A stretch of 64,000 nucleotides of DNA from a virus (IMGVR_UViG_3300009788_000098:21244-85243), one strand, 5' to 3'. Shown: positions 39,831 through 50,452, numbered from the stretch's first letter. Numbers and translations: made by a program. Notes: a model not told the origin generated them from the sequence alone.

Positions 39831-40112
39831 CTATTTATTCTCTTTGTACATATTGGATATCCTGCGGGTGACGATCTGTTGGACAGCACTCCGTAACAGA
39901 TTATAGCCACCGGCTTGCAGGTCATCGAGGCTAATGAGACCTCGTTGAACAAGTAGATTGTTCAGTTCTTTCATCATTTCAACACAATCAATCTCGGCAA
40001 GGTCAGGCGGGTTGCATGGCACTCCCTTATGTGCGTCTAACGATGACATCCCGTCCTTAACCCAAGACTGTCGTAACCAACCATTTTCATCTTCGTAAAT
40101 TGTCAATCTCAT
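39831..40112 (-). CDS. hypothetical protein
   Basis: GAAGGA RBS, in head-tail region. Confidence 0.6.
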   Translation of the reverse strand: MRLTIYEDENGWLRQSWVKDGMSSLDAHKGVPCNPPDLAEIDCVEMMKELNNLLVQRGLISLDDLQAGGYNLLRSAVQQIVTRRISNMYKENK

Positions 40113-40124
40113 CTCGCATCCTTC

Positions 40125-41486
40125 CTACGCCGCAACTGCACTCACTCGCAGTAGTCTAGGGCGCATATTGTGCAAACTTCGATACACCTCTACCTCTCCT
40201 TGGCGCGTGCCAAAGGGGTTGTTCAGTATTTCAGGGGGCGTAAATATAACGTTTACATCGCCGCCCGACTCGGCAAGGTTGCGTGAGTAATAGGTAACTG
40301 CCTGTGCTATAGGCTGAATTGGTCTTGCTTCTCCGCCACACGGCATACGGGCTGTTGCTAGGTGAGCGATGTTGCGTGCTAGTGCTCTATCTAGTTCTGT
40401 ACAGTTTCTCTCGTTCAGCCAGTTCTGGTTCAGTTCGCCACATTTGTACCATATTTTGACAGCATCAGGTTCGCGACACTCAGTCCAGTTTACTTTCTCC
40501 CACTGGGAGTTGGTTGTGCTGTAATCCGCAGGCGAGAGTGACACAAAGCCACCCTCGGCATCGCGAACTGTCAGACAACCGTCTTGAGCAATGAGTGAAC
40601 AGGATGTGCAACCTATGCCCCCACAAGCCGTGCAACATATCGGGCTAACGCCACCACCTTCGTGTTCCCAGAGGAACTGAGCACTGTTCTCTGTGCTATC
40701 TGTGTACTCTCGGCGTACTTCAACCTCATCAACGTAGCTTGCTGCTGGGGTTGCGTCTATGGCTGTTACTTGCCCCTTGGGAATAGCGTCCCACAGAGAG
40801 GGGAGGATCATCTTCCAGCTCTCAACTGTGATTGTTGCAATGCCACCTGTGATTGCCACTGAGCGCAACGGGCGTATCTCCCATGCTGGGTCGCCGCTGT
40901 GGTTTGCAAAGTACAATCGTAGTTCACAGGGGTCTGTTGCAGTTACCGTCTGGGTGATAGTTGCTAACGAGTTCCATCCATCAGTAGCCGTAGCCATTGA
41001 GTATACGAGTACAGAAGTTGCTGGGCCGAGGAGTACGGGTGTGCCTTCCAAGTCCGCATTACGTCTGCCACCAGCAATTATCTTGCCCCAGTTGGTCTTT
41101 ACGCCTTTCATCTGTCCATGAGCACCGACACCCCCACCGTAGAGTTCTACACGGTTCTCACGGGGATATTTGTGATATTCTTGTGAAATCCACACAGGAG
41201 AAGGCCAGTAGCCCAGAAATTCTGCAATGTCGTACTCAGCTTGTTGAATTATGCGTGCTAAGTCCTCTCGACTTATATTGCCAGGATTTTGGTAGCCGAA
41301 CTGTTTCCAGATAGGTCGTCCATCTACCATGTCCCCTGCGCCAGCGGCGATGTTGACACCGTAACTCGTGAACGGTTCTGGGGAGACCTGAGGAAGTCGC
41401 GCACCGTTGAAATGCAACGGGTTCAGCCCCATAATCTGCGCGTATGTGTCTAGCGGTAAGAGTGTGTATATATCTGCTCGCGCCAT
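40125..41486 (-). CDS. putative head-tail joining/neck protein
   Basis: position; IQQAEYDIAEFLGY adaptor-like helix; Cys-rich insert. Confidence 0.45.
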   Translation of the reverse strand: MARADIYTLLPLDTYAQIMGLNPLHFNGARLPQVSPEPFTSYGVNIAAGAGDMVDGRPIWKQFGYQNPGNISREDLARIIQQAEYDIAEFLGYWPSPVWISQEYHKYPRENRVELYGGGVGAHGQMKGVKTNWGKIIAGGRRNADLEGTPVLLGPATSVLVYSMATATDGWNSLATITQTVTATDPCELRLYFANHSGDPAWEIRPLRSVAITGGIATITVESWKMILPSLWDAIPKGQVTAIDATPAASYVDEVEVRREYTDSTENSAQFLWEHEGGGVSPICCTACGGIGCTSCSLIAQDGCLTVRDAEGGFVSLSPADYSTTNSQWEKVNWTECREPDAVKIWYKCGELNQNWLNERNCTELDRALARNIAHLATARMPCGGEARPIQPIAQAVTYYSRNLAESGGDVNVIFTPPEILNNPFGTRQGEVEVYRSLHNMRPRLLRVSAVAA

Positions 41487-41488
41487 TG

Positions 41489-41800
41489 TTACTCCACAAT
41501 TGATTCAACTATAATTGCGACTGTGCTGAGTGCAAACGGTATACAGAACAAAACTGTTGCTTCAGGAAAACGAGCGTAAGCAATGGTAACTATAACTCCA
41601 AACCATATACTGTTGCACCAAATACATGTCAATCCTTTAGCAAACTGGTTTCTACCATACGGTTTACTTTCTTCATCGTACTCAACACCAACAAGATGCC
41701 GAAACTTCTCAAATACCTCATAAGGGCCATCCTCGTGAGCTACCAGAGAAGAAATTCGCCATACAGCCAGTGCAATTAGAATAAACATGACAAATTTCAT
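41489..41800 (-). CDS. DUF1360-like membrane protein
   Basis: AVWRISSLV..EDGP, LTCIWCNSIW. Confidence 0.75.
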   Translation of the reverse strand: MKFVMFILIALAVWRISSLVAHEDGPYEVFEKFRHLVGVEYDEESKPYGRNQFAKGLTCIWCNSIWFGVIVTIAYARFPEATVLFCIPFALSTVAIIVESIVE

Positions 41801-41822
41801 CTTAATAGTCCAAATTACAATC

Positions 41823-41928
41823 AAAAAAAACCGAGTGTGCTTCCTGCACGCTCGGTGTGAACGTTATATTTCTATTCAGTTGTCTGTTCAACTGTCTGTA
41901 TTATAGCACCATTGGTGCAAATATTCAA
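41823..41928 (-). promoter_or_regulatory. promoter-leader-terminator (attenuator) ahead of tail operon
   Basis: TTGAAT-N17-TATAAT, AACTGAATAGAAATATAACGTTCACA, 10-bp hairpin + T8. Confidence 0.75.
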
Positions 41929-41936
41929 GGATGAAA

Positions 41937-42620
41937 TCAGAATAAGAGTGGTTGCATCTGCGCTTCTGCTATGCGTTTTTGGGCTATGTCAAAGTAGTCG
42001 GGGTCAATTTCGATGCCAATAAACTTACGATTATGCTTAACTGAGGCCACACCTGCTGAGCATGAACCCATTGTGAAATCTAATACCGTATCGCCAATTT
42101 CTGTGCTGTCAAGTATCAGCTTTTCTATCAGCGGAACGGGTTTCTCGTTTGGATGTAGCAAGTCATTAGGCATAACCCGTCGCTGATTTATAATTGTTCT
42201 TGGTCTCTTTCGGGGAAAGACAAATCCATCTTTAATGGCAAACAGTATGCTTTCATGTTGCGGGGCATATTCACTATTTAAGTCGCCCATGCCATGAACA
42301 ATCTTATTCCATATAATTTGTGATTTTACATCAAATCCCGATGAAACAATCTCATTTAGAAATGCTTGTTGCTTATCCCATCTGTAAAATACATAGATAG
42401 CTTTTCTTGTTATTCTATAAGCATCTTTTCCCCACCCCAAAAACGGTTCTTTATCATTCCTTATCTTGGGTTTCCACTGCGTTTTGTCAGAGCGCCTGGC
42501 GCTCTGATAGTCTATTCCGTAAGGAGGGTCTACGATTGTCACGTCTGCGGAATTATCAGACATGTTTTGCATAATATCTAAACAGTCACCCAAATGCAGC
42601 TGACAGCTGTTTTCTATCAC
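41937..42620 (-). CDS. N4-cytosine/N6-adenine DNA methyltransferase (beta class)
   Basis: VDPPY, HPNEKP, LDFTMGS; paralogue of 3631. Confidence 0.92.
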   Translation of the reverse strand: MIENSCQLHLGDCLDIMQNMSDNSADVTIVDPPYGIDYQSARRSDKTQWKPKIRNDKEPFLGWGKDAYRITRKAIYVFYRWDKQQAFLNEIVSSGFDVKSQIIWNKIVHGMGDLNSEYAPQHESILFAIKDGFVFPRKRPRTIINQRRVMPNDLLHPNEKPVPLIEKLILDSTEIGDTVLDFTMGSCSAGVASVKHNRKFIGIEIDPDYFDIAQKRIAEAQMQPLLF

Positions 42621-45600
42621 GACAGATTCGTTCTATCCAGCGGATTAGGGGGAGGGACTTCAAACTTGAACCCCAGAGCGTCAATAATCCGTTGTGCCTT
42701 TATTGCTCCAATGCCGTGTAGTTGCTGCAATCCATCTGCGCCCAATGCCAACACGCCTTCTTGTGTCGTTATGCCTATGGTTTCTAATTGTTCTGCAATT
42801 GCAGGTGATATACCTGGCAGGGAACGCAAGTCTGATATCTGTGCTGTTTCAACAGGGGCAACAGGTCGTTGCATAATTTCTTCAATGGTCTTAAGTTTAG
42901 GGACATCTGGTTGAACATCTGGCTGGGCAACTTCTTGAGCAACCTCTTGAGCAAGTTCTTGGGCAGGCTCGGTGACACTTTCTTGAGCAGACGCTTGGAC
43001 AATTGGCTGGACATCCATCTCTATCAACTGTGGCACACCAGGCATATCAACTATTTCTGCTATCTCAATAGCCACATCCTGTATTGTTGCGGGGATAGGA
43101 GTAAAAAAGTGTGGCTGTGCTTCAACATCCGATCTATGAACAAGGAACTCTGCTCCGCCACCCTTATGACCATATCGTGTTCCTGTCGCAGCACCAACCA
43201 CTTTTTGATTACCCTTATTGGGATGTGTATACTTGCACATCAAAAAGTTATCATCTTCGCTACGCATCTTTTCCACCGTAGCAGAATTATCATTTATCAC
43301 ATTCAAATTTGGCCTGGATGTGCGTCTGCCGCCACAACCACTACAACTTTTAGCCACAGGAACCTCCTTTAGTACTCTCTCTGAATATTGTAACATTTTT
43401 ACAGCAATACGTCTACCCTGTTCTGTGTGCTTGCTTGCCTTTTCACGCCGTGTGCCAGTGTGCATCTTGTAACTTATTAGCTGTTCTGGCAATCTGACAT
43501 AACAATAGTTGCGTGCCATCACCCAGTGGTAGAGAACGTCTTCAAAACTCTCCATAGTTTCGTCAAATCCACCAATAGCCATATGCCATGCTTTAGGTAC
43601 AAGACAGGTAACAAGACACCAATGGAATGGCTTTGCGTAATCAGCCCCCTTTTTCTCAGGTTGCCGTTGTGCCCTCTCACAGTCATAGTCAGCAGACCTG
43701 CCTGAGATTGTGGCGATATTAGTACGCGTATTGTAATGAAGAACCTCTTCTGCTTTGAAGTTCTTTTTCAAATCCTCATCAGTTGTCACATGAGAACTTA
43801 CGTAGTCTGTGTAGACAATTGCACCCTCGTCTTGGAAGGCAAACAGACACTTTTCCAGAAACTCAGGGGCGAATTGGTCATCAGCGTCCAAGAATACGAG
43901 GAATGGCGCACGGGCATGTTCTGCCCCTCTGTTACGTGCGTACCCTGGCCCTTTGCTGCCAGTTTTGACAAGGCGCACATAGGGATATGCGACCAGTTCA
44001 GGCTCGTTGGGGCTATCCCATGCCAGAACCACCTCCCACAAGCGGTAAGTCTGTGACTCAACACTGTCGAGAGCGTTATAGACTTCCTTTTCGTGTCCTT
44101 CACCAACAGGTATAACGATACTCACAACAGGTTCATCATACTGACGTACAGGGTGAGATGCGCGTTTTTCAGGAGGTGTAGTACGGCAGGCAAACGGGAA
44201 CTTCTTATCCTTTGCGTGGGGGTGCATACTTAGCCAGCGTGGTTCAGTAAGTTCGTCAGAATGTTGCCCCTTGTTGCCCGAAACCATACCTGTACCCAGA
44301 CTGTAGATGAATAGACCAGCCTTGGTGACTTGTCTGACCCCATAACCGATTGCCATGATGCGCGTCCAGAGGTCTGCATCTTCTGATCCTGCGCCAAGAG
44401 GGGCATAACGTGACTTATATCCCCCTGTGCGCTCCCATGCTTTCTTGCGGACAACACAACATGTGGGGACTTGATTATGACCACGTGCGTTGTCTTTGGA
44501 ACGATAGGTGAATTGTAAGTCGTAGTTACAATCGGAAGGCCATGTAGTCAGTCCTTCTTTGCCATCAGCCTTTATGCCCCAGATACCCGTGTATGCGATA
44601 CCCAATGATGGGTCTTTCTCTAGCTCTGGCAAACATGCTTCTAAGAACTTGGGTGCTATCTTATCGTCAGCATCAATGCAACATATGTATTCGCCTCGTG
44701 CTTCTTCTATACCACGATTGCGGGCTACGGCTACCCCACTGTTCCGCTGTGCAATGTAGCGCACATTCTGGTATTTTTGTGCCAGTGCTGTAGCGACTTC
44801 AGAGGTATTATCTGTACTACCATCGTCAACTATGATAATCTCAAGTGCGGGACGTGCTTGTTCCAGTGCGCTTACAACTGCGCGTTCCAACATGTTCGCG
44901 TAATTGTAGACTGGAACTATCACAGATACCTGCCCCTTGTACGGATGTGGTTTCATTGCAAGGCGGTAGATACCAGCAACCTGTTCTGCAATGACCTCCC
45001 ACTTGTATTCCTTAGACATCTCACGTCCGTTCTTGCCCAGAGTGTCGCGGTGTTCAATACAGTACGCAAGACCACGAGCGAAGTCATCTATGTCATTAGG
45101 GCGTGCAAGGTAGCCATTTCTCCCATGTTCAATTAGCTCTTTATTCCCTCCCCACGCAAAGCCCAGAACTGGTACAGCAGCGGCCATTGCTTCTAGCACT
45201 CCAATGCCAAAGGTCTCTTTTGTGGTAGACAGATAGACCGTTGCTTGTTCAACGAGCTTCTTCATTTCAGCATGGGGGCGCAATCCTATCTCTTTGATAT
45301 TGGGCAAGTTCTTATTATACCCAACTGGCAAGAATGTTGTCAGATAGCGTATACCTTTCACCTTTTCAGCAAGTTGCACCATGGGAGTAGGGTCACACAC
45401 GTCACGGTTGCGGTTCTTGTTCCACAGCACGTAATCACCGTGTTCCTGCACATTCCATTCTTCCACCTCTATTCCGTGCGGGACAATATGGGGATCAATG
45501 CGCATATCGCGGCGTATGGTCTCTGCAACCCACTCTGTAGGGACTGTGACCTCTCTAGCATGGCGCAGGGCTTCTATAACGTTGCGGTTGGCGTTGTATT

Positions 45601-45835
45601 CTGGGGCTGTGCATTGGTAGTCGCTCGACCAATATAAGCCGTGGCTGTGACAAATATCAGCTTGCTTACCCGTAGTCCCCGCGTGTGCTGCTAACAAATC
45701 AAAGCTAGATGCCGCTTTAGGAACAAGTTCAACTCCATAGCTAGGCAAGTACTGAAAATATGCTTGGATGCACCGGCGAATGCCACTCTCGTGCTTGCTA
45801 TAGTCGTCCCTATGCGGAATCATCATCACTTTCAT
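42617..45835 (-). CDS. multidomain glycosyltransferase GT4-GT2-GT2 with C-terminal HhH
   Basis: ETFGIGVLEAMA; VSVIVPVYN..DDGSTD..IDADD; VSIVIPV..FLDADD; LPGISPAIA...LHGIGAIKA. Confidence 0.9.
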   Translation of the reverse strand: MKVMMIPHRDDYSKHESGIRRCIQAYFQYLPSYGVELVPKAASSFDLLAAHAGTTGKQADICHSHGLYWSSDYQCTAPEYNANRNVIEALRHAREVTVPTEWVAETIRRDMRIDPHIVPHGIEVEEWNVQEHGDYVLWNKNRNRDVCDPTPMVQLAEKVKGIRYLTTFLPVGYNKNLPNIKEIGLRPHAEMKKLVEQATVYLSTTKETFGIGVLEAMAAAVPVLGFAWGGNKELIEHGRNGYLARPNDIDDFARGLAYCIEHRDTLGKNGREMSKEYKWEVIAEQVAGIYRLAMKPHPYKGQVSVIVPVYNYANMLERAVVSALEQARPALEIIIVDDGSTDNTSEVATALAQKYQNVRYIAQRNSGVAVARNRGIEEARGEYICCIDADDKIAPKFLEACLPELEKDPSLGIAYTGIWGIKADGKEGLTTWPSDCNYDLQFTYRSKDNARGHNQVPTCCVVRKKAWERTGGYKSRYAPLGAGSEDADLWTRIMAIGYGVRQVTKAGLFIYSLGTGMVSGNKGQHSDELTEPRWLSMHPHAKDKKFPFACRTTPPEKRASHPVRQYDEPVVSIVIPVGEGHEKEVYNALDSVESQTYRLWEVVLAWDSPNEPELVAYPYVRLVKTGSKGPGYARNRGAEHARAPFLVFLDADDQFAPEFLEKCLFAFQDEGAIVYTDYVSSHVTTDEDLKKNFKAEEVLHYNTRTNIATISGRSADYDCERAQRQPEKKGADYAKPFHWCLVTCLVPKAWHMAIGGFDETMESFEDVLYHWVMARNYCYVRLPEQLISYKMHTGTRREKASKHTEQGRRIAVKMLQYSERVLKEVPVAKSCSGCGGRRTSRPNLNVINDNSATVEKMRSEDDNFLMCKYTHPNKGNQKVVGAATGTRYGHKGGGAEFLVHRSDVEAQPHFFTPIPATIQDVAIEIAEIVDMPGVPQLIEMDVQPIVQASAQESVTEPAQELAQEVAQEVAQPDVQPDVPKLKTIEEIMQRPVAPVETAQISDLRSLPGISPAIAEQLETIGITTQEGVLALGADGLQQLHGIGAIKAQRIIDALGFKFEVPPPNPLDRTNLS

Positions 45836-46626
45836 TTTGCTATCCTAAACGCTATCAAACTATCAACTTGCAATATCAATTCGCAACTCGGTGCTACCAG
45901 CTCATCAATCGCAATCTTCACTTCAGGCCACTCAACGTTGTCATGTTCATTGTCCCCGTAGTCGTCAAATGCAATGATACCGCCAGGTGTAATGCGGGGA
46001 AGCCATGTGTCAATATCGCCACGCACGCCCTCTCTGCTGTGATCGCCGTCAACGAACACCATGTTAATCTTGTCAGTACCCGTGAGAAGTCTCACGTTGC
46101 CTGCGGACACTGTTTTGCTGTCTTGTAATATCTGGTAGTGACGACCTTGTATGTCTATTCCGACAAGCGCATTGAGTTCTCCTTGCAATGAGCCTAATGC
46201 GCCATCCTGGTTGACATCAATGGTGCAAACACTAACATCAGAACGAGTCTCTAACATGGCGACAGACGATGTGCCTGCTCCTGCACCGATGTTGATAATT
46301 AGTGGTGCGGGAGGGAGTGTTATAACTAGCCCCTTTATGCCTAATACTTCCTTTTCAGTAAGGTAGCCAAATGCGTTTGATAATTCAATTGCTTTGCTCA
46401 TTTTCACCTCGGTCAGTAGATGCCAGAACTTGCGTACCTGGTCACGGTCACTCTCTTTCTCTTTTTCTGTCAGTTGTTCATAGGAAGTGTTAGCTTGCCT
46501 TAGCCAACGTGACATTTGCTCAGGGGAGAATAATGTGCCGTCTGCTTGTTCAGACATATAGTTTATCCAATGCGCCCAAATATCGTGCTGTGCGCTTGCA
46601 AGTTTCTCAAATAGCACACTATCCAT
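45832..46626 (-). CDS. class I SAM methyltransferase (Methyltransf_24-like) with fused N-terminal phage domain
   Basis: NIGAGAGTS, FVDGDHS, GGIIAFDDY; internal RBS/ATG at 46401. Confidence 0.8.
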   Translation of the reverse strand: MDSVLFEKLASAQHDIWAHWINYMSEQADGTLFSPEQMSRWLRQANTSYEQLTEKEKESDRDQVRKFWHLLTEVKMSKAIELSNAFGYLTEKEVLGIKGLVITLPPAPLIINIGAGAGTSSVAMLETRSDVSVCTIDVNQDGALGSLQGELNALVGIDIQGRHYQILQDSKTVSAGNVRLLTGTDKINMVFVDGDHSREGVRGDIDTWLPRITPGGIIAFDDYGDNEHDNVEWPEVKIAIDELVAPSCELILQVDSLIAFRIAK

Positions 46627-47338
46627 TGTTTTCTACCTTTGGTGGCACTTCTTTGGGTAACCACCGCTTTATCTTCTCCAAGTGTTCAGCGGGTATTCTG
46701 TCAGTACAAACCTGCCCCGTGCCAACATTTGAGCCATTGGTGTACCTGATAGGGTTCTGACGTGTGCCGAGAACCAACATCTCACGCTCATTGACAACTG
46801 ATGTGCCCTGCATTTCTACCTCCCACGGGTTCCAGTCAGGCATTAGAACGGTCAATAACAGTTCTTTATTCCATATTGCAGCTTGTAATGACATTTCATA
46901 CGGTGAACCGGGCGCATGAATGAGATCATAGTGTCCGTAGGGCTCGTAGTCTCTCATCCCGCCAGCATATAACCTGTCCATCGTCAAGTCCATGCGGAGA
47001 ACTAGAGGGTTGATACACATGTATTCTAACAGTGTAACTACTCCCCTTACATCCACAGTCCTGTTCAACCAGTAATCGTCCAGCAATAGCACGACAAGTT
47101 GCTCTGGGATACTGTTGAGATATTTGACAAACCCATTTGTCCACTTCTCTTTAGGCCAACCGTCCGCAAGGTTGACAGGTACAGGCGTGAAGTTCTCTGG
47201 AAGGGCGAACGGGGGAAGGGACTCGCACAGGACATCTACCGGCTGTTGAGCAGACCAATAGACGTTGAACAGATATGCCATTGGGCGTAGTGCCCACATT
47301 TGTTTATCGCATGTTGTTACGAGTACTTTGTAGTTCAT
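46619..47338 (-). CDS. GT-A fold glycosyltransferase-like protein
   Basis: VLVTTCD, LLLDDYWL, SLQAAIW, PWEVE. Confidence 0.6.
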   Translation of the reverse strand: MNYKVLVTTCDKQMWALRPMAYLFNVYWSAQQPVDVLCESLPPFALPENFTPVPVNLADGWPKEKWTNGFVKYLNSIPEQLVVLLLDDYWLNRTVDVRGVVTLLEYMCINPLVLRMDLTMDRLYAGGMRDYEPYGHYDLIHAPGSPYEMSLQAAIWNKELLLTVLMPDWNPWEVEMQGTSVVNEREMLVLGTRQNPIRYTNGSNVGTGQVCTDRIPAEHLEKIKRWLPKEVPPKVENNG

Positions 47339-47348
47339 CCACTATTCC

Positions 47349-47870
47349 TCATCGGCACATCCATATTGTGCGGTAAGCATCACGGTCTACCACATGTGTT
47401 CTGCCAAGCGGCTTAGCATACTCAAAGTGCCTCAATAAGAGGTTGAGCATCTGTTCGTCATTAGAGATACCGGTATTGAATGGTTCTGGCTCGTATCGGA
47501 CTTCGATGAGTGAAATCTTGAAGTTGTCTGCCATCCATTGTAGAGTTGCAGGGATATCATTGAGATAGGCAAGAACACTAAAACACATGCAAATATCAGC
47601 TTGTGCAAGAATAATAACACTACCTTTAACAAGTTCATTGATATCTATGTTCATCAACTCAATATCTTTAGTGCTTGATACAAACAACTCAACCTCATCT
47701 ATTCCTTTCACCCACTTCGCGCCAGCTATGTGAGCACGCCATGTAAAATCGCCATATCCACACCCCAAGTCAATTACACGTTTCTTCCGAAAGTTCACTG
47801 CTTGCGAGATAGGTCGCCACATATCATTGGCACGAGTATTATAGTCAGTTTGTTCTATGATGTTTTGCAT
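47349..47870 (-). CDS. class I SAM methyltransferase
   Basis: VIDLGCGYG, CFSVL. Confidence 0.8.
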   Translation of the reverse strand: MQNIIEQTDYNTRANDMWRPISQAVNFRKKRVIDLGCGYGDFTWRAHIAGAKWVKGIDEVELFVSSTKDIELMNIDINELVKGSVIILAQADICMCFSVLAYLNDIPATLQWMADNFKISLIEVRYEPEPFNTGISNDEQMLNLLLRHFEYAKPLGRTHVVDRDAYRTIWMCR

Positions 47871-48105
47871 ACTACAGTTCCAGTTGACTCTGTCAATTTG
47901 CCTTCTTTATATGAATAAGCACCTGCTTCAAAACTAGATATCGGAACATAATCAACCTTTCCATCCAGATAAGTTAGTTGATAACACAACCTGCGAGGGA
48001 GGTTTTCAGGAGTGCAATAGTAAACCCCAGTAATTATAGGGTAGAAATCACTATCACTTCTATATGCGTACCTATGTTCTGGTTTTGCAAGTACTTGTTC
48101 AATTC

Positions 48106-48615
48106 TCATTGTTTGCACAGTTGCTCCCACGTCTTGTTTATCCAGTATTCGTCATTCGGGGGTCTTTTGTCAGGTCTTGGGTCACATGCCAACCGACTCT
48201 CTGCCCAGTCGATGATATAGGGATGATTGTCCTTTACTATCACAGCAGCAGTAGTAAGATCGCCATGCCTGATGCCATACGCTCCCAATTCCCCCAATAT
48301 TCTCTGCTTGTGTTGCATAAACTTGTCTACATCTGTCACAGGTTGACTTTCTCCTAAATCATCCATAGCAATTGTAAATCTGTCCAGTCGCATGGCTCTT
48401 GGAACATAACCTGTGTGCTGTAACCTTCGCAGAATATATATCTCATTCTGTATCAAAAAGGGAATAGAGCGTTTATATATTTCCCCTTTGCCGCGCCACA
48501 CTATGCTAATGCCGTTGTCAGACAGTTTCTCAACCACCGCAAGCAGTGTCAGCTCATCGGGCGCAAACTCGTGTATCAGTTCTAACCAACGGTTCATGGG
48601 TTCTCCCAGCTCCAT
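48106..48615 (-). CDS. small protein-kinase-like (RIO/Kdo/Bud32-type) enzyme
   Basis: YKR, NE..IL, HGDLT, IIDW. Confidence 0.7.
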   Translation of the reverse strand: MELGEPMNRWLELIHEFAPDELTLLAVVEKLSDNGISIVWRGKGEIYKRSIPFLIQNEIYILRRLQHTGYVPRAMRLDRFTIAMDDLGESQPVTDVDKFMQHKQRILGELGAYGIRHGDLTTAAVIVKDNHPYIIDWAESRLACDPRPDKRPPNDEYWINKTWEQLCKQ

Positions 48616-48857
48616 TCTGTAGCTAATTCTTTATGCCAATCATAGTTAGCACATGAACCAAGCAAGACGCAAACAAGGTCACCGTTAGAAATAGCTACTA
48701 TCTCTGCCCATTTGTGATACCAGTATTCTTTCTCTACTGCTTCTGCCAATTGCTTTGCTTCTTCAATAGTTGAACTAACACCACGATAGTCTGCCACTAT
48801 ATTTGGTAGTCTAATTTCGTCGTGCTGATAACAGAACTTTACAAATACGTAATACAT
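48594..48857 (-). CDS. hypothetical protein with own promoter
   Basis: AAGGAG RBS; TTGACA-N17-TACAAT upstream at 48904-48876. Confidence 0.6.
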   Translation of the reverse strand: MYYVFVKFCYQHDEIRLPNIVADYRGVSSTIEEAKQLAEAVEKEYWYHKWAEIVAISNGDLVCVLLGSCANYDWHKELATEWSWENP

Positions 48858-48986
48858 ATGTTCTCCTTCGCATGTATTGTAACAATTCTTGTCCAATTTG
48901 TCAAGATAAACGGTAATGCCCCCTGACATTTCTGCCAGAGGGCAAGGAAGGAGAAAGTGCAAAATGTTACTGCAACATTATGCCCA

Positions 48987-50444
48987 TTAGTTCCAGACTG
49001 CGTAGAAGGTGTCTTGCCCACGTATGGATAGACCACCATCAGCGAAGTAGGAGCTTGCAGGATCGCTAGAGCGTAGATGCTGAAGCGGCACGTATTTCAC
49101 ATTCTGTATCTTTCCAGCTAACTGAGGGGTAACGAGAATGACGCGCTGTTCAGATTTCAAGGCCAATTCGTAACAGAACCTTGTCTGGGACAGTGCCCAT
49201 TCGTAAATCCCATCATCAGTCCAGAACGTTTGCATGTTCCGCAACAGAGCTATATTAGCCTGTGCGATGCCATCGTTATAGTCAAGATGTTCACGCTTTG
49301 TAGCGAGAATGGTTCCACCGCGCGCCTTGATGGGCACGAAGTAGATGGAACTAGCATATTCGCTAGCGTTGAGATTGCTGGAGTCATTTGTGCCGTTAGC
49401 TTCATAGATGCCATCATCTACAATAACGGGATAGTTTCGACCATTGATGTCGATTGTCATGCCAGACCGCATTGCATCACGGTCTCTCATGTTCTCTCGT
49501 CCGTCAATTACGGTGCGTGAACCCGCACCAACAACACTATTCGCACAGCGATTGGTGTTGTACTGACAAGGCCAGATTTCGGTCAGCACCTGCCACAGTT
49601 CGGGGCGCATCACCCACACCCAGTCAACGGGCAACATGCCCATTCTGCGTGCGTTGAAATAGATGTACCATTCGAGCATAGACATGTACTCAACGATTGA
49701 AGGCGCAGTGCCCTCAACGTCAGCATAGCCAAAATCCTTCACGTCAGAGTCCATCGCAGAACATGCAACATTAGTGTACTTGTCAACGTAACCTGTTGCA
49801 ATCAGTGCGTCCAAACCAGCGAACTCAGTACCCCACTTGTCGTTGGTTCCGAACACGCCCTGCCACATGGTATAGTTGAGTTTCCGTTCAGCGTTAATGC
49901 CAGCGGTGACCATTGCTGCGGCGGTTATGATGGACAAAATCTGTCTTGTCTTGCCCTCCAAACCACGAGGTTCGAGCTTAGTTAGCCCAAGCACCTCTCC
50001 TGCCACACGCAGGTCTTTGAAGTCGCCACGATGTAACCGGCGCATTGTGTTATTGAACTCAATAGTGGGAGTATCGACACGAAGCAGACCGAACCTTGCG
50101 GTCTGGTCACAAGACTTCATGTGTCCGAAAGCGGCGGGGTCACAGGCATTTGCTAATGCGGTCTGCACACCACCATCTGTATCGGTAAAACCAGTAATTG
50201 TTGAATATGTTGGGTCTTCGTCCACACTTGCAATCATCGGAAGGACTGGAGCAATACCCACGGGGCGGATGTGTGCAGTGACAACATCACGCTCTGTAGT
50301 TCTGCTAAACATTCCACCTAACCCGTGTAACTGGTTAGCCGTCTGTACAGTGGACACAGTATCATGCTTCTGCTCAAGGGCTTTCATAAACAGAAGGTTC
50401 TGATTCTCCAACGCTTCAGTTAGTGCATTTAATTCGTCAGACAT
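48987..50444 (-). CDS. major capsid protein
   Basis: 485 aa after protease/scaffold, strong AGGAGG RBS, EFAGLDALI, downstream hairpin. Confidence 0.7.
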   Translation of the reverse strand: MSDELNALTEALENQNLLFMKALEQKHDTVSTVQTANQLHGLGGMFSRTTERDVVTAHIRPVGIAPVLPMIASVDEDPTYSTITGFTDTDGGVQTALANACDPAAFGHMKSCDQTARFGLLRVDTPTIEFNNTMRRLHRGDFKDLRVAGEVLGLTKLEPRGLEGKTRQILSIITAAAMVTAGINAERKLNYTMWQGVFGTNDKWGTEFAGLDALIATGYVDKYTNVACSAMDSDVKDFGYADVEGTAPSIVEYMSMLEWYIYFNARRMGMLPVDWVWVMRPELWQVLTEIWPCQYNTNRCANSVVGAGSRTVIDGRENMRDRDAMRSGMTIDINGRNYPVIVDDGIYEANGTNDSSNLNASEYASSIYFVPIKARGGTILATKREHLDYNDGIAQANIALLRNMQTFWTDDGIYEWALSQTRFCYELALKSEQRVILVTPQLAGKIQNVKYVPLQHLRSSDPASSYFADGGLSIRGQDTFYAVWN

Positions 50445-50452
50445 TATACCTC

